Source: Patescibacteria group bacterium
Lineage (GTDB): Bacteria > Patescibacteriota > Patescibacteriia > JAHIZJ01
Assembly (NCBI GenBank): GCA_041650335.1
Contig: JBAZLK010000003.1
Coordinates: 1-55,764, forward strand
Direction: 5' to 3'
Length of the DNA stretch: 55,764 nucleotides
Part shown: positions 8,974 through 17,951 of the stretch, in pieces
Position numbering within the stretch: position 1 is the stretch's first letter
Layout: the number at the start of each line of letters is the position of its first letter
Program-made: the position numbers and the translations under genes
The notes under the pieces: generated by a model
Databases searched by the model: none
What the model was told of the DNA's origin: nothing
The model's input: only the letters and a program-made list of their open reading frames with translations

Positions 8974-9032
8974 ACCGTGTACCTCCGTTGAGTATGGAAG
9001 GGGCTACCCGTCACGAGCAGCCCCGACCAGTT

Positions 9033-10931
9033 CTACTTGCTTGCCGGAGGAGGCGGGCCTGAACCTTTCGATTCGTCCTTGCCTCCCTTTCCCTTGTCGT
9101 CGCCCTTGTCACCTCCGCCAGTTTTGCCCTTTCGTCCGATCAATTCGGCCGTCAAGGCGCTGTTTGCTTCCTGACCGCCACCGACGATGACGACAGCGCC
9201 GGGCGGAAGGTGCGTCAGCGTGTCCTGTTGAACCAGAGCGGCGGCGAGATCACCTTGACGGCGATAGGCCATGCCGCGTTTGTCGATGGCTGCCGCCTCG
9301 GCATCGGCCTTGATCTGCAGCGCTCTGCCTCTCTTGTCGGCTTCGTATTCGATACGTAACAGTTCTGCGTCCTTCTCGTCGGACGGGTTGACGTCCGTGA
9401 TCGCCATGTCGGTGATCACAAATCCGAACCTCCGCAAGGAACGCAGCGCCTGGAGAACGCCCGCTTCGGCCGGCTTGAAGTTGACCTTGTCGCTGTCCGG
9501 CTCCATCTCGAGTGTCACCGGTTCGCCCTTGGCACAGCGTGACACTGTCGTTGAGAGCTTGTCCTTGTTGCCGTAGGCGGCGGTGAACGACAGTTTCCGG
9601 ATCAACGACCGCATGAAATCGAGCAGGATCTGGACGACGGCGTGTTCCCAGTCGTCGACCTCATAGATCGCCCGATAGGGGTTGCGGATTCGGCCGAAAA
9701 CGACGAAGCTAATAGACACAGCCGGCCCGCTCAGGGTTTCCGCTTTCGGAATGGTGATCTGGATGCGGATTTGCGCCAGCGAGAGATCGGACCGGAGCTT
9801 CCGTTCCTGGCACACGGGATGACCCTTGGCGTCGGTTGTCCAGACACCCAGCTCCCGGATCGGACGGATGACGTCAAATCCGGGGATGCCAATCACCTGA
9901 ACACCGCCAAGCAGTTTCGCCCGCGGCTTCTCAAACGTCGGGCAATCTTCGATCGCCCAACGGATGTGATGCGCCGGCAGACGGAGATCGGGCGAGAATG
10001 CGGTTTCCTCTTGAAGTTCGTCGAGTGTGATGAGATCGTGTTGGTCGAACAGCTCAGTCCAGCCTTCCACCATCTCAAGACCTTCGAGTACTTCCATGAC
10101 ACGAGCCATTGACAGCCTCGGGCTTGCTTCTGTTGTCCACCTGATGAATGACTCGGCGAGATCGCGCGCACCGGCTTTGTCGAGCCGATCCGTGGCCGGA
10201 TCTGCACCCAGCCATGACGTGGCCAGTGTGTCGGTCTTGATGGCGCGTGCTAAACGTTCAGCTAGCCATTTGCGCGTACGCTTCTCATCTTCAGGGAGAT
10301 CTTCAGGTAGATTGCCGAGTGAGAGCAAGAACATGAGTCCGTTCAACCGTGATGACGCGACGCTGGTAATGTGGGTACGGTTGCGATACGCCCAGAGGAT
10401 CCAGCGGAAGCGCTTCTCCCGCTCGACCACCCTGAACGTCGCTTCGTAGACGGTCGTGAGCCCGTAGTCCGCCTTCACCATTGAATCGATCGCGCCCACG
10501 AGGAGCACGAAGTAGATGATGATGGCGACGATCTCCGGAACAACATGACCCCGGGCAGCGATCAGGATGATTGCGATCACGATGACCGACATGACCAGAA
10601 TGATCGACCAGTACGTCTTGCCCGGCCCGCTCACCATCAGATTGTTCTTGTAAAACAGCCCCAGCGCCTCCAGCCAGCCGACCGGGCGGCTGAGTTTCTG
10701 CCTCTGTTTGCGTCGATACCACCACCACCAGCCTCCGAAGAGGCCGGCGAGGATACCGACCACGAGCAGGGTCATAACCAGCTGCGTCAAACCGTGAGTA
10801 ACGGTAGCCGCAGCGGACCGAAGGCCAACGAGTCTCAAAACAGCCAGAATCAGTAGAATGGCCACGGCAGCAATGAACAGCGGGTAGATAACCCGCAGCA
10901 CACTCTTCCACCGAAACGTACGTCCGAACAT
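9033..10931 (-). CDS. Membrane protein with C-terminal SPFH/Band-7 (flotillin/prohibitin-like) domain (GC-rich cassette)
   Basis: 632 aa. About 4 N-terminal TM helices. C-terminal FVITDMAITDVNPSDEKDAELLRIEYEADKRGRALQIKADAEAAAIDKRGMA is typical of SPFH C-terminal regions. Gly/Lys-rich tail. GGAGG RBS. Confidence 0.55.
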   Translation of the reverse strand: MFGRTFRWKSVLRVIYPLFIAAVAILLILAVLRLVGLRSAAATVTHGLTQLVMTLLVVGILAGLFGGWWWWYRRKQRQKLSRPVGWLEALGLFYKNNLMVSGPGKTYWSIILVMSVIVIAIILIAARGHVVPEIVAIIIYFVLLVGAIDSMVKADYGLTTVYEATFRVVEREKRFRWILWAYRNRTHITSVASSRLNGLMFLLSLGNLPEDLPEDEKRTRKWLAERLARAIKTDTLATSWLGADPATDRLDKAGARDLAESFIRWTTEASPRLSMARVMEVLEGLEMVEGWTELFDQHDLITLDELQEETAFSPDLRLPAHHIRWAIEDCPTFEKPRAKLLGGVQVIGIPGFDVIRPIRELGVWTTDAKGHPVCQERKLRSDLSLAQIRIQITIPKAETLSGPAVSISFVVFGRIRNPYRAIYEVDDWEHAVVQILLDFMRSLIRKLSFTAAYGNKDKLSTTVSRCAKGEPVTLEMEPDSDKVNFKPAEAGVLQALRSLRRFGFVITDMAITDVNPSDEKDAELLRIEYEADKRGRALQIKADAEAAAIDKRGMAYRRQGDLAAALVQQDTLTHLPPGAVVIVGGGQEANSALTAELIGRKGKTGGGDKGDDKGKGGKDESKGSGPPPPASK

Positions 10932-11070
10932 GAGCCACCTCCTCAGGCTTTCGCCTCTATAACCGTTTGGATGCCCTGTATTTCCATGCTTACCCGCCGA
11001 TTACCGCTAGGTTAAGCGTTACCAAACGAAAATCCGTAGATAACATGTCAAACAGCGAGTCTGACCCGCG

Positions 11071-11099
11071 ATAGTAGCAAATTGTTTTCGTTTTGTCAA
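11071..11099 (-). promoter_or_regulatory. Sigma70-type promoter of the SPFH cassette
   Basis: Minus strand: TTGACA (11099..11094), 17 nt, TACTAT (11076..11071). About 135-nt leader to the ATG at 10931. Confidence 0.55.
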
Positions 11100-11154
11100 G
11101 GTCTTTGGAAAACAAAAAATCGCCAAACTGGGACGCGTGACGATACTTCTCTTC

Positions 11155-11934
11155 TTAGACCTTGTTGGATTGTGGAGGTCTGACCAGAAAAATAACCAAA
11201 AGACCGCAGATTATCGTAACAATCGAAAACCACTGGCTCGGATGCAGGTTGAAATACGTCAGTGGGTCAGACCCAATCAAGTCAGTCGCCCGCCAAAAAT
11301 CGGCGACAAAGCGGAAAATTCCATAGAGGACAAAAAACAGTCCGCTCAACCAGCCGGGCCGGTCCGCGATAAATGTCGCCTTTCGCAATCGCCAAAAAAT
11401 CATAAACACAACTAGCCCAAAAATGATTTCATAAAAAGCCATATCATGGCGGCTTGTTCCGTCAGCCAGTTTCACGCCCCATGGCACCGTGGTCAATTTC
11501 CCAAGATGGTCATGGACGAAGAAACAGCCGAGCCGGCCCACGGCCAGGCCGAGCGGCAACGAAAAGATGATTGTATCGGCATGCGCCCAAAACGGAAATT
11601 TCTTTATTTTTAAATAGAGCCAGCCGGCGAAGACAGCGCCGACCAAACCGCCGTAGATACCGAGTCCGCCTTCCCAAAGCTTGATAATATCAAGCGGCTG
11701 GTTTTGAAATTGCGACCATTCGTTTAAGACGTAAAATATCCGGGCACCGACAAACGCCGACACGATAATGACTATCGCTAAATCAAGTATTATCGCTACA
11801 GACTGTTTTTTCCGTTTTGCTTCGGACATGCTAAGCAGAACCCCGACCAATAAGCCGGCCGCCACCAATAAACCCCAAACATTTATCGTGATCGGTCCGA
11901 GGCTGAAGGAGTCTATTTCAAAATATGGGATCAT
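11155..11934 (-). CDS. lgt: Prolipoprotein diacylglyceryl transferase
   Basis: 259 aa, polytopic. WEGGLGIYGGLVGAVFAGWLY and GRLGCFFVHDHLG motifs are typical of Lgt. Confidence 0.9.
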   Translation of the reverse strand: MIPYFEIDSFSLGPITINVWGLLVAAGLLVGVLLSMSEAKRKKQSVAIILDLAIVIIVSAFVGARIFYVLNEWSQFQNQPLDIIKLWEGGLGIYGGLVGAVFAGWLYLKIKKFPFWAHADTIIFSLPLGLAVGRLGCFFVHDHLGKLTTVPWGVKLADGTSRHDMAFYEIIFGLVVFMIFWRLRKATFIADRPGWLSGLFFVLYGIFRFVADFWRATDLIGSDPLTYFNLHPSQWFSIVTIICGLLVIFLVRPPQSNKV

Positions 11935-12286
11935 CGTAACATCGAGTAAATAAAAAACGCATTGTCAGCGTCTTTTCTCTTCTTCAACTACCCTTGGCAC
12001 GCTACCCGTGTGCTTTCAGAAAAATATGGAGATGCTCTTTTTCCATGATCGCCCCGCACTTGCAGCGCTTCGGTTCATCCGCGCTCGCCCAGCACCAGGG
12101 ACAAACGTACCGTTCGCGTGAGAGCAAGCGGGCCTTGGTCGGTTGTCGGCGATAAGAAACTTTTACTTTCATACTGCCATCAATACTACAATTTTCTCGA
12201 AATGCCGGAAGTTGATGGACTGTTGAAAAGACGTAAAAACTGTGTATGAAACTGTTGAAAAGATCATTCTTTTGGCCAACGCCAGC

Positions 12287-13081
12287 TTAGTTCAGCGTCG
12301 CCGAATTTGTTCCGTTGATATCAAGGTTTTCCGGATTCAGTTCTGGGATAAACGCGTCAAGCAAGTCATAGAAATCCTGCTTGGTCAACGCTCCTTCGAT
12401 CCGATACCCATTAATAAACATAGTTGGCGTTCCTTGGACACGGGCAGCCAATCCTTCTCGATAATCTGTTTTTACCTGCTCGGCATACTTCCGGCTCTCA
12501 AGACATTCGGTAAACACTGAAACGTCCAGTCCGATGCCCTGGGCAAGCGTGATCAGGCTCGCTTGGTCGTTGGCGGCCGGCTGCAGCCAGTACCGATCGT
12601 GGAAAAGCCAAAACTTTCCTTGTTCGTGGGCGCATTTACCCGCTTCCGCCAGTCGAACAGAGGTGGCATCAGTCTGCTCGACAAAATCCCGATAGATCAG
12701 TCGTACGCTTGTACCGTATTCAGACGCTATCTCTCGAACTGCCTGACTGGTTGCCTGACACTCTTCACAGGCAAAGTCCGAGAACTCAACTATGACGACC
12801 AGAGGTTTTGTTTCACCGATGGCCGGACGATCAATTGCCTCAACCTCGCGGTGCTGATCAGGCGACAGCCGGTCCACCGCTGACGTTGCTTGAGATTGAC
12901 GGTCGTCAGCTGACGTTCTCGCATTGAATACATGATTCGTCCAGAGAATAATCCCGAGCCCGAGCAAAGACAATCCGATGACGAGCAACAACAACCCCCA
13001 CCGACGGAATTGCCGTGATGAGGGTTTATTGGTCTGACGTATATTCATGTGCTCGGCCATGCGAAACCTCCTTTTCAACAA
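12287..13081 (-). CDS. Membrane-anchored DsbA-family thiol:disulfide oxidoreductase
   Basis: 264 aa. N-terminal TM anchor. Thioredoxin fold with FSDFACEECQ (CxxC) and VQGTPTMFINGYRIEG (cis-Pro loop region). Confidence 0.8.
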   Translation of the reverse strand: MLKRRFRMAEHMNIRQTNKPSSRQFRRWGLLLLVIGLSLLGLGIILWTNHVFNARTSADDRQSQATSAVDRLSPDQHREVEAIDRPAIGETKPLVVIVEFSDFACEECQATSQAVREIASEYGTSVRLIYRDFVEQTDATSVRLAEAGKCAHEQGKFWLFHDRYWLQPAANDQASLITLAQGIGLDVSVFTECLESRKYAEQVKTDYREGLAARVQGTPTMFINGYRIEGALTKQDFYDLLDAFIPELNPENLDINGTNSATLN

Positions 13082-13110
13082 ACTGCTTCGTACCGTTCGC
13101 GTGTCCGAGA

Positions 13111-13929
13111 TTACTTGCCAATAATCGCTTTTACCTGAGCTTCAAGTGACGCGTATGGAACGGCGCCACCGAGTTCGGTTCCGTTCAAGAAATTGCCTGG
13201 CGTGCCCTGGACACCGTTGCTCGTACCGACGGTCGTATCGTTCGTGACGATGCTAGCCGTTGTCTTATTGGTGATGCAATCGTTAAATTGTGTCGCGTTC
13301 AAGCCAAGGTCCTTGGCAATCTGTTTGTACAGATCGGTGCCGAGAGTTGACTGATTTTCATATAGCTTGTCGGCGTATTCCCAGAAAATGTCATTCCCTT
13401 TCTGTTTGGCGGCGCACTCGGCGGCAATGGCGGCCGGCGTCGCCTCAGGATGAAAGCTGAGCGGAAAGTTCTTGAACACCCAGCGGACATCGTTCGGATA
13501 TGCCTTCATCAGCTGTACCATCGTTTCATGAAACTTCTCGCAATACGGGCATTGGAAGTCTGACCATTCAAGAATCGTTACTTTTGCGTCTTTGTTGCCC
13601 CGGACATGATCAGTATCGGCAATGGCATAGTCGGTAGTCAGCGGCGCGCTGGGCGCAGTATTTGTATTGGTGTTGGCATTTGCGCCAGCGACTGCCTTAT
13701 TGGCATTGTTGGTGTTGCTATTTTTTGCGGCTGTTTCTGGAAAACCGCCTTTAAAATAGATGCCCAGCATGATAAAAAATCCGATTGAAAACAAAAGCAT
13801 CATGCCGCCGACTAGACCAAAGAGAAAACTGGCTTTGGCAGATAAGTTGGCGAAAATGCCTTTTACGCCTGAGACACCAGATGGACTTTCTGGTCGGTCT
13901 TGACCGTGATACCCTTCAGCATATTGCAT
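13111..13929 (-). CDS. Membrane-anchored DsbA-family thiol:disulfide oxidoreductase
   Basis: 272 aa. TM anchor, N/T/A-rich linker, WSDFQCPYCEKFH (CPYC) and VQGTPGNFLNG. Confidence 0.85.
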   Translation of the reverse strand: MQYAEGYHGQDRPESPSGVSGVKGIFANLSAKASFLFGLVGGMMLLFSIGFFIMLGIYFKGGFPETAAKNSNTNNANKAVAGANANTNTNTAPSAPLTTDYAIADTDHVRGNKDAKVTILEWSDFQCPYCEKFHETMVQLMKAYPNDVRWVFKNFPLSFHPEATPAAIAAECAAKQKGNDIFWEYADKLYENQSTLGTDLYKQIAKDLGLNATQFNDCITNKTTASIVTNDTTVGTSNGVQGTPGNFLNGTELGGAVPYASLEAQVKAIIGK

Positions 13930-13980
13930 AGTACGCGTTCTCCTTTAAATTAAAAAGTTAAGCAGCGTAACTAATAGTGT

Positions 13981-14009
13981 ATAGTACGTGAATTTTATTA
14001 ACTTGTCAA
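13981..14009 (-). promoter_or_regulatory. Sigma70-type promoter upstream of the two DsbA-like genes
   Basis: Minus strand: TTGACA (14009..14004), 17 nt, TACTAT (13986..13981). Confidence 0.55.
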
Positions 14010-14113
14010 ATAGCTTTTTCTCCACAGTCAGCCTTTTTACTGAACCTTCAGCTTGCTTTCAGCTTTTTTTATAAAATAATAAAAAAACTCTCGTTAACCC
14101 CTGGTTGGAATCA

Positions 14114-14650
14114 TTACTTTTTACGATATTTCTTTATAACGATTACAATTGCCGTTGCGCCAAGTAACGGCCAGACAATCATAAAAATGGTCAGATAGAG
14201 CGTGCTCTTTTTTTGCAGACCATTACTACTTTCCTGTTCGGGATGCGCTAGATATTCATAATATTGGTCGAGGGCTTGCTGGGGTGAATCGCACCGCACC
14301 GCTTGGCATTGGATGATAGTGTTTTCAATCTCGCTCGTGATAGCGGCGCTATACCCGACATAGACATTCTTACCGACAAAGACAGTCGGAGTCTGCCGGC
14401 TCGGCATCTGATAGAGCGTCAGCAGGTCTTCAAAAATAGCCCGGTTGTCAGTGTCCGTGCTCACGTCAAAGGTCGCTAAAATAATACTATACTTGTTTTT
14501 GAAACCGGCCAGCGTATCATTCATCGATTGACAGCTCGGGCAGCCGCTTTCATAGAAATAAAACACTTCCACCGTTTCTTTCGCCTGGGTGGGTCGAGCG
14601 GCGAGTACCGCCGCAACGACGATAAGGCTGACGAGTAGGTATTTCTTCAT
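14114..14650 (-). CDS. Exported thioredoxin/glutaredoxin-like protein with C-terminal TM anchor
   Basis: 178 aa. Signal peptide MKKYLLVSLIVVAAVLAARPTQA; FYFYESGCPSCQSM (CxxC); C-terminal hydrophobic helix then KKYRKK. Confidence 0.6.
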   Translation of the reverse strand: MKKYLLVSLIVVAAVLAARPTQAKETVEVFYFYESGCPSCQSMNDTLAGFKNKYSIILATFDVSTDTDNRAIFEDLLTLYQMPSRQTPTVFVGKNVYVGYSAAITSEIENTIIQCQAVRCDSPQQALDQYYEYLAHPEQESSNGLQKKSTLYLTIFMIVWPLLGATAIVIVIKKYRKK

Positions 14651-14651
14651 C

Positions 14652-16331
14652 TTAAAAACGGACTACTTGTTTAGGCTGAAGCGGATGCGTCTGATCGTTC
14701 CGGCGAGGCGGTTGCGCTGGCTGAGGTTTTGGTCGCTGGTTATTATTCTGTTTATTTTTGGGGTGCTGGTTTGGTGGTGGCGGTTGACCGGGCCGCTTCA
14801 TTTGTTTAAAAAATACCGGCTCTTGTTTGAGGGCCGTCTGCAAGCTAATCGCCTGCGGAACCGCTGGCTCATCTTCAACGATCTGAACACCCGTTTCTTC
14901 GTCAGCATCATTGCTGGCTAGATTTATTTTCACGCGCTGATTGGCGCCGCCCGTCTTCAGCTGGACGTCGCTCCGCGGACGACCATTGGTTGGCACTGTC
15001 TCAATCGCGCCATCATCGTCATCGCCGTTCTCGCTTGGTTCCACGCCGGCCCACCGAGATATCTTTTCCTCAACCACTTGGCGGGCGGTTGAGTACCGTT
15101 CCCGGGAAACCTTGATAATTTTTTCATGAGTCTCTTCTGCCTCGGCCGTGTAGAGAGGCGGCAGCCCTCGAGCTGAAAAAGGCTCTGAGGCAACGCCATC
15201 AATCATGAGTTTGAGGTACATTTCAAACTTGGTCAGGTTGACGAGATCGTTTTGCATGAAAATGGGCTCGAACTCCTTTTCGAGGAACTCCGCGTCGGCG
15301 GCGCCAACCCGGAAGCAAACTAAGGTACCAACGTTTCCGAAAACCGCCGCCTGAACCGTTTCGTCAAGCTGCTCAATGTATTGATGGGCGATAATCAGAT
15401 CAAGCCGATATTTTCGGGCTTCGGACAGGATGTTCGCGAAACTCTCCGTGGCAAAATTTTGAAATTCATCCACGTACAGGAAGAAATCGCGGCGCTCTAA
15501 TTCCGGCATATCGACCCGGCTCATCGCGGCGAGCTGGAGTTTCGTGATCATCATCGCGCCAAGCAAAGCGGCATTATCCTCGCCGATCCGTCCTTTCGAC
15601 AGATTCAGTAACAGTATTTTCCCACTGTCCATGATATCACGCATGTCAATCGAGCTTTTTGTCTGACCGACAATATTTCGGATGATCGAGCTCGATAAAA
15701 ATTGCCCGACTTTGTTCTGGATCGGAGAAATTGCCTCGGTCCGAAATTGATTGCTATAGGCGGCATATTCATCAAGCCAGAACGCCTTGAGAATCGGGTC
15801 GGTCAGGCGGGTGACAACCTTCTTCCGATATTTATTATCGACAAGCAGACGGGTAATGCCAAGCAGGGTTGAGCCGGGGTACTCGAGTAAAGACAAAACC
15901 GTGTTCCGAAGCACGTATTCCAACCGCGGGCCCCAGGAGTCAGCCCAGATTTTTTTGAATACGCCCACCAGGCCCGAAGCCACCAGATGTCGGTGAACGG
16001 GGTTTACTGACTCCAGGACGTTAAAGGCGATCGGATAATCAATATCAGCCGGATTGAAATAGATCACGTCGTTCGTTCGATTGGCCGGAATAAAATCAAG
16101 GAGTTTTTCGACCAGATCGCCGTGCGGGTCCACGACCGCAAGCCCGTGACCGGCCTGAATGTCAGAGACAATCATGTTCTCAAGCAGCGTCGTTTTTCCC
16201 ATGCCGGTTTTTCCGATGACATACATATGCCGGCGCCGGTCATCCAATTTTATGCCAAAACGCCGTTTTTGATTACGGAAGTTCGTTTCTCCAAAAAGGG
16301 TGATGTAGTTTTTTGGCTCGGGCATTGTCAT
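14652..16331 (-). CDS. TrwB/TraD/VirD4-family (type IV coupling-protein-like) P-loop ATPase, soluble form
   Basis: 559 aa. Walker A VIGKTGMGKTTLL followed by VVDPHGDL; Walker B FFLYVDEFQNF; ARKYRLDLIIAHQYIEQL. No N-terminal TM. Last ~100 aa are P/Q/N-rich. Confidence 0.7.
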   Translation of the reverse strand: MTMPEPKNYITLFGETNFRNQKRRFGIKLDDRRRHMYVIGKTGMGKTTLLENMIVSDIQAGHGLAVVDPHGDLVEKLLDFIPANRTNDVIYFNPADIDYPIAFNVLESVNPVHRHLVASGLVGVFKKIWADSWGPRLEYVLRNTVLSLLEYPGSTLLGITRLLVDNKYRKKVVTRLTDPILKAFWLDEYAAYSNQFRTEAISPIQNKVGQFLSSSIIRNIVGQTKSSIDMRDIMDSGKILLLNLSKGRIGEDNAALLGAMMITKLQLAAMSRVDMPELERRDFFLYVDEFQNFATESFANILSEARKYRLDLIIAHQYIEQLDETVQAAVFGNVGTLVCFRVGAADAEFLEKEFEPIFMQNDLVNLTKFEMYLKLMIDGVASEPFSARGLPPLYTAEAEETHEKIIKVSRERYSTARQVVEEKISRWAGVEPSENGDDDDGAIETVPTNGRPRSDVQLKTGGANQRVKINLASNDADEETGVQIVEDEPAVPQAISLQTALKQEPVFFKQMKRPGQPPPPNQHPKNKQNNNQRPKPQPAQPPRRNDQTHPLQPKQVVRF

Positions 16332-16334
16332 AGG

Positions 16335-17951
16335 CTAGGCAAAAGGCAAATTGGGTGGCGGCTGACCAGCCGGCGGTTTCGTTGGTTCGGCCGGCGGGGG
16401 CGTGCTTGGAGTGGCGGTCGGCGGCGCAGCAAAAGGCGGCGGCGTCTGCGGCTGAGGCTGGACCGGTAGAGCAGCTGGCGGCGCTTGTTGCGGTCGAGGC
16501 TGAGTTGGCACAGTAGTCGGCGGAGGCACGACCGGGGTAACGGACGGCTGGAATGGCCGAAACGATGAGCCAAATTCCTGCATCGGCAAGCCGGCCGGCG
16601 GTTCGCCGCGTTTGCTTTCGATCTTGCTCACCAGCGGCGCCTTCACGGTTAGGACCGGGAAGTGGAAGATTGTCGCCAGCTCCTCGATATTCATGATGAT
16701 ACCTTTTCCGGCCAGGCGCTGTTTATAGGTTTTCATCAACCGCCGTTGACGACGGGCAAGACGAGAATTGTTGAAAAAGATAAAATTACTTTTTGTAAAC
16801 GTAACCTTGTCCGGCTTAAAACTGTTCATGTTCACGGTCGCGAACTGATTTAAGGCGCCAAAAACCGCGTTGATGCCGGTTCCTTTGTTTGTCAGCGCCT
16901 TTTCGGACAAATAGCAGTAGCGAAATTTCGTTTCATAAGCGCGCTTTGCCATTTTCACCTGCATCGCTTCAACGATTCCTTTTTCGCCCGGCGTCAGCTG
17001 CATCATCCAGTTTTTCGGCTTGGTCGGTTCCGGCTTGGTTTCACCCGGGGCGAAAAGCGAGGCAGTCAGAGTTTCATACGTTCCCTTGGCCACGCCGCCG
17101 ACCGGTCCGAGAAGCGGCTTTGCTTTGCTCTGTTCACCGATCATTTTATTGATAATGGTCCGGCCTTGCTCCATCCAGCCGGTTGAATCAGTCGGTCGGA
17201 TAACGAGCTGGATCCAGATCTGCTCGCCCTGCCTGAGCTTGCCTAATATTTCCAGCAAGCCCGCCATCGGATCAGCAAGCTGTTGCGACAAGCTGTGCTC
17301 AAAATCGACATAGGTGCGGATCGGAAATGCATTCGGCTTTGAAAACACGATACTCGATCCATAGAGATCATATTTATCGTTCGGGAATTTATCCGGCGCG
17401 TCTTTCGTATAGTCGTCGACCTCGGTAATGACGGAGTCAGGATATTGGGCGTAGAAAGCGGACTCGACCAGATCCCGGAACTGAACCGGCGTCCGGATCA
17501 TAAATTGAATATAGCCGCTGATGCTGGCCAGCTCAAGACTGAAGGTTAGTTGGACCTTCCCTTTCAAATATTTCTCAACAATGTTTGGTTTTGAGAGAAT
17601 ACCGGAAAACTGCGCATAGATTTGCTCAATCGCTTTTAGGTTCGGCTCGATTTCCCGTGGGACGTCGATGGCTAGCAGAACAAACTTCTGCGAGGCCATA
17701 AACCGGCGCTTGAGCGTCAGCTGCCAATATGAAATGCCAATGACGACAATGGAGGCGACAAACATCACCCACCCACCGCTAATAAAAAACTGCCAGAAGT
17801 AACCGAAGGGCAGGAGACTCCCAATAACCGAAGGCTCACTGACGTCAATCACGAATGGCATAAAACTTGCGTATAATTGTGGTTTAGGTGTTTGTTTCTT
17901 ACGACTGGACTGGTTGGGCTGGCGCTTTTTCGGCCAGACGGAAGCGTCCAT
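16335..17951 (-). CDS. Hypothetical membrane protein paired with the TraD-like ATPase; Pro-rich C-terminus
   Basis: 538 aa in the track. The first 53 nt overlap the upstream gene, so the start may instead be ATG 17861 (MPFVIDV). Two N-terminal TM helices, a globular middle, and a C-terminal ~90 aa that are mostly P/Q/T/A. The stop is 3 nt before the ATPase start. Confidence 0.6.
   Translation of the reverse strand: MDASVWPKKRQPNQSSRKKQTPKPQLYASFMPFVIDVSEPSVIGSLLPFGYFWQFFISGGWVMFVASIVVIGISYWQLTLKRRFMASQKFVLLAIDVPREIEPNLKAIEQIYAQFSGILSKPNIVEKYLKGKVQLTFSLELASISGYIQFMIRTPVQFRDLVESAFYAQYPDSVITEVDDYTKDAPDKFPNDKYDLYGSSIVFSKPNAFPIRTYVDFEHSLSQQLADPMAGLLEILGKLRQGEQIWIQLVIRPTDSTGWMEQGRTIINKMIGEQSKAKPLLGPVGGVAKGTYETLTASLFAPGETKPEPTKPKNWMMQLTPGEKGIVEAMQVKMAKRAYETKFRYCYLSEKALTNKGTGINAVFGALNQFATVNMNSFKPDKVTFTKSNFIFFNNSRLARRQRRLMKTYKQRLAGKGIIMNIEELATIFHFPVLTVKAPLVSKIESKRGEPPAGLPMQEFGSSFRPFQPSVTPVVPPPTTVPTQPRPQQAPPAALPVQPQPQTPPPFAAPPTATPSTPPPAEPTKPPAGQPPPNLPFA

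Noticed and set aside
12002-12170. Cys-rich mini-ORF on the minus strand (…CPWCWASADEPKRCKCGAIMEKEHLHIFLKAHG) in the lgt/DsbA intergenic region, looking like a zinc-ribbon peptide.
   Set aside because: On careful re-reading, the ATG at 12173 is in a different frame that stops after ~32 codons. The Cys-rich frame has no ATG/GTG/TTG start upstream of the Cys motifs and no RBS. It is unsupported as a gene.
16122-16573. Arg-rich ORFs (16122..16469 +, 16328..16573 -) around the junction of the membrane-partner gene and the ATPase gene.
   Set aside because: They are off-frame or antisense readings of the GC-rich DNA encoding the Pro-rich tail of the 538-aa protein.
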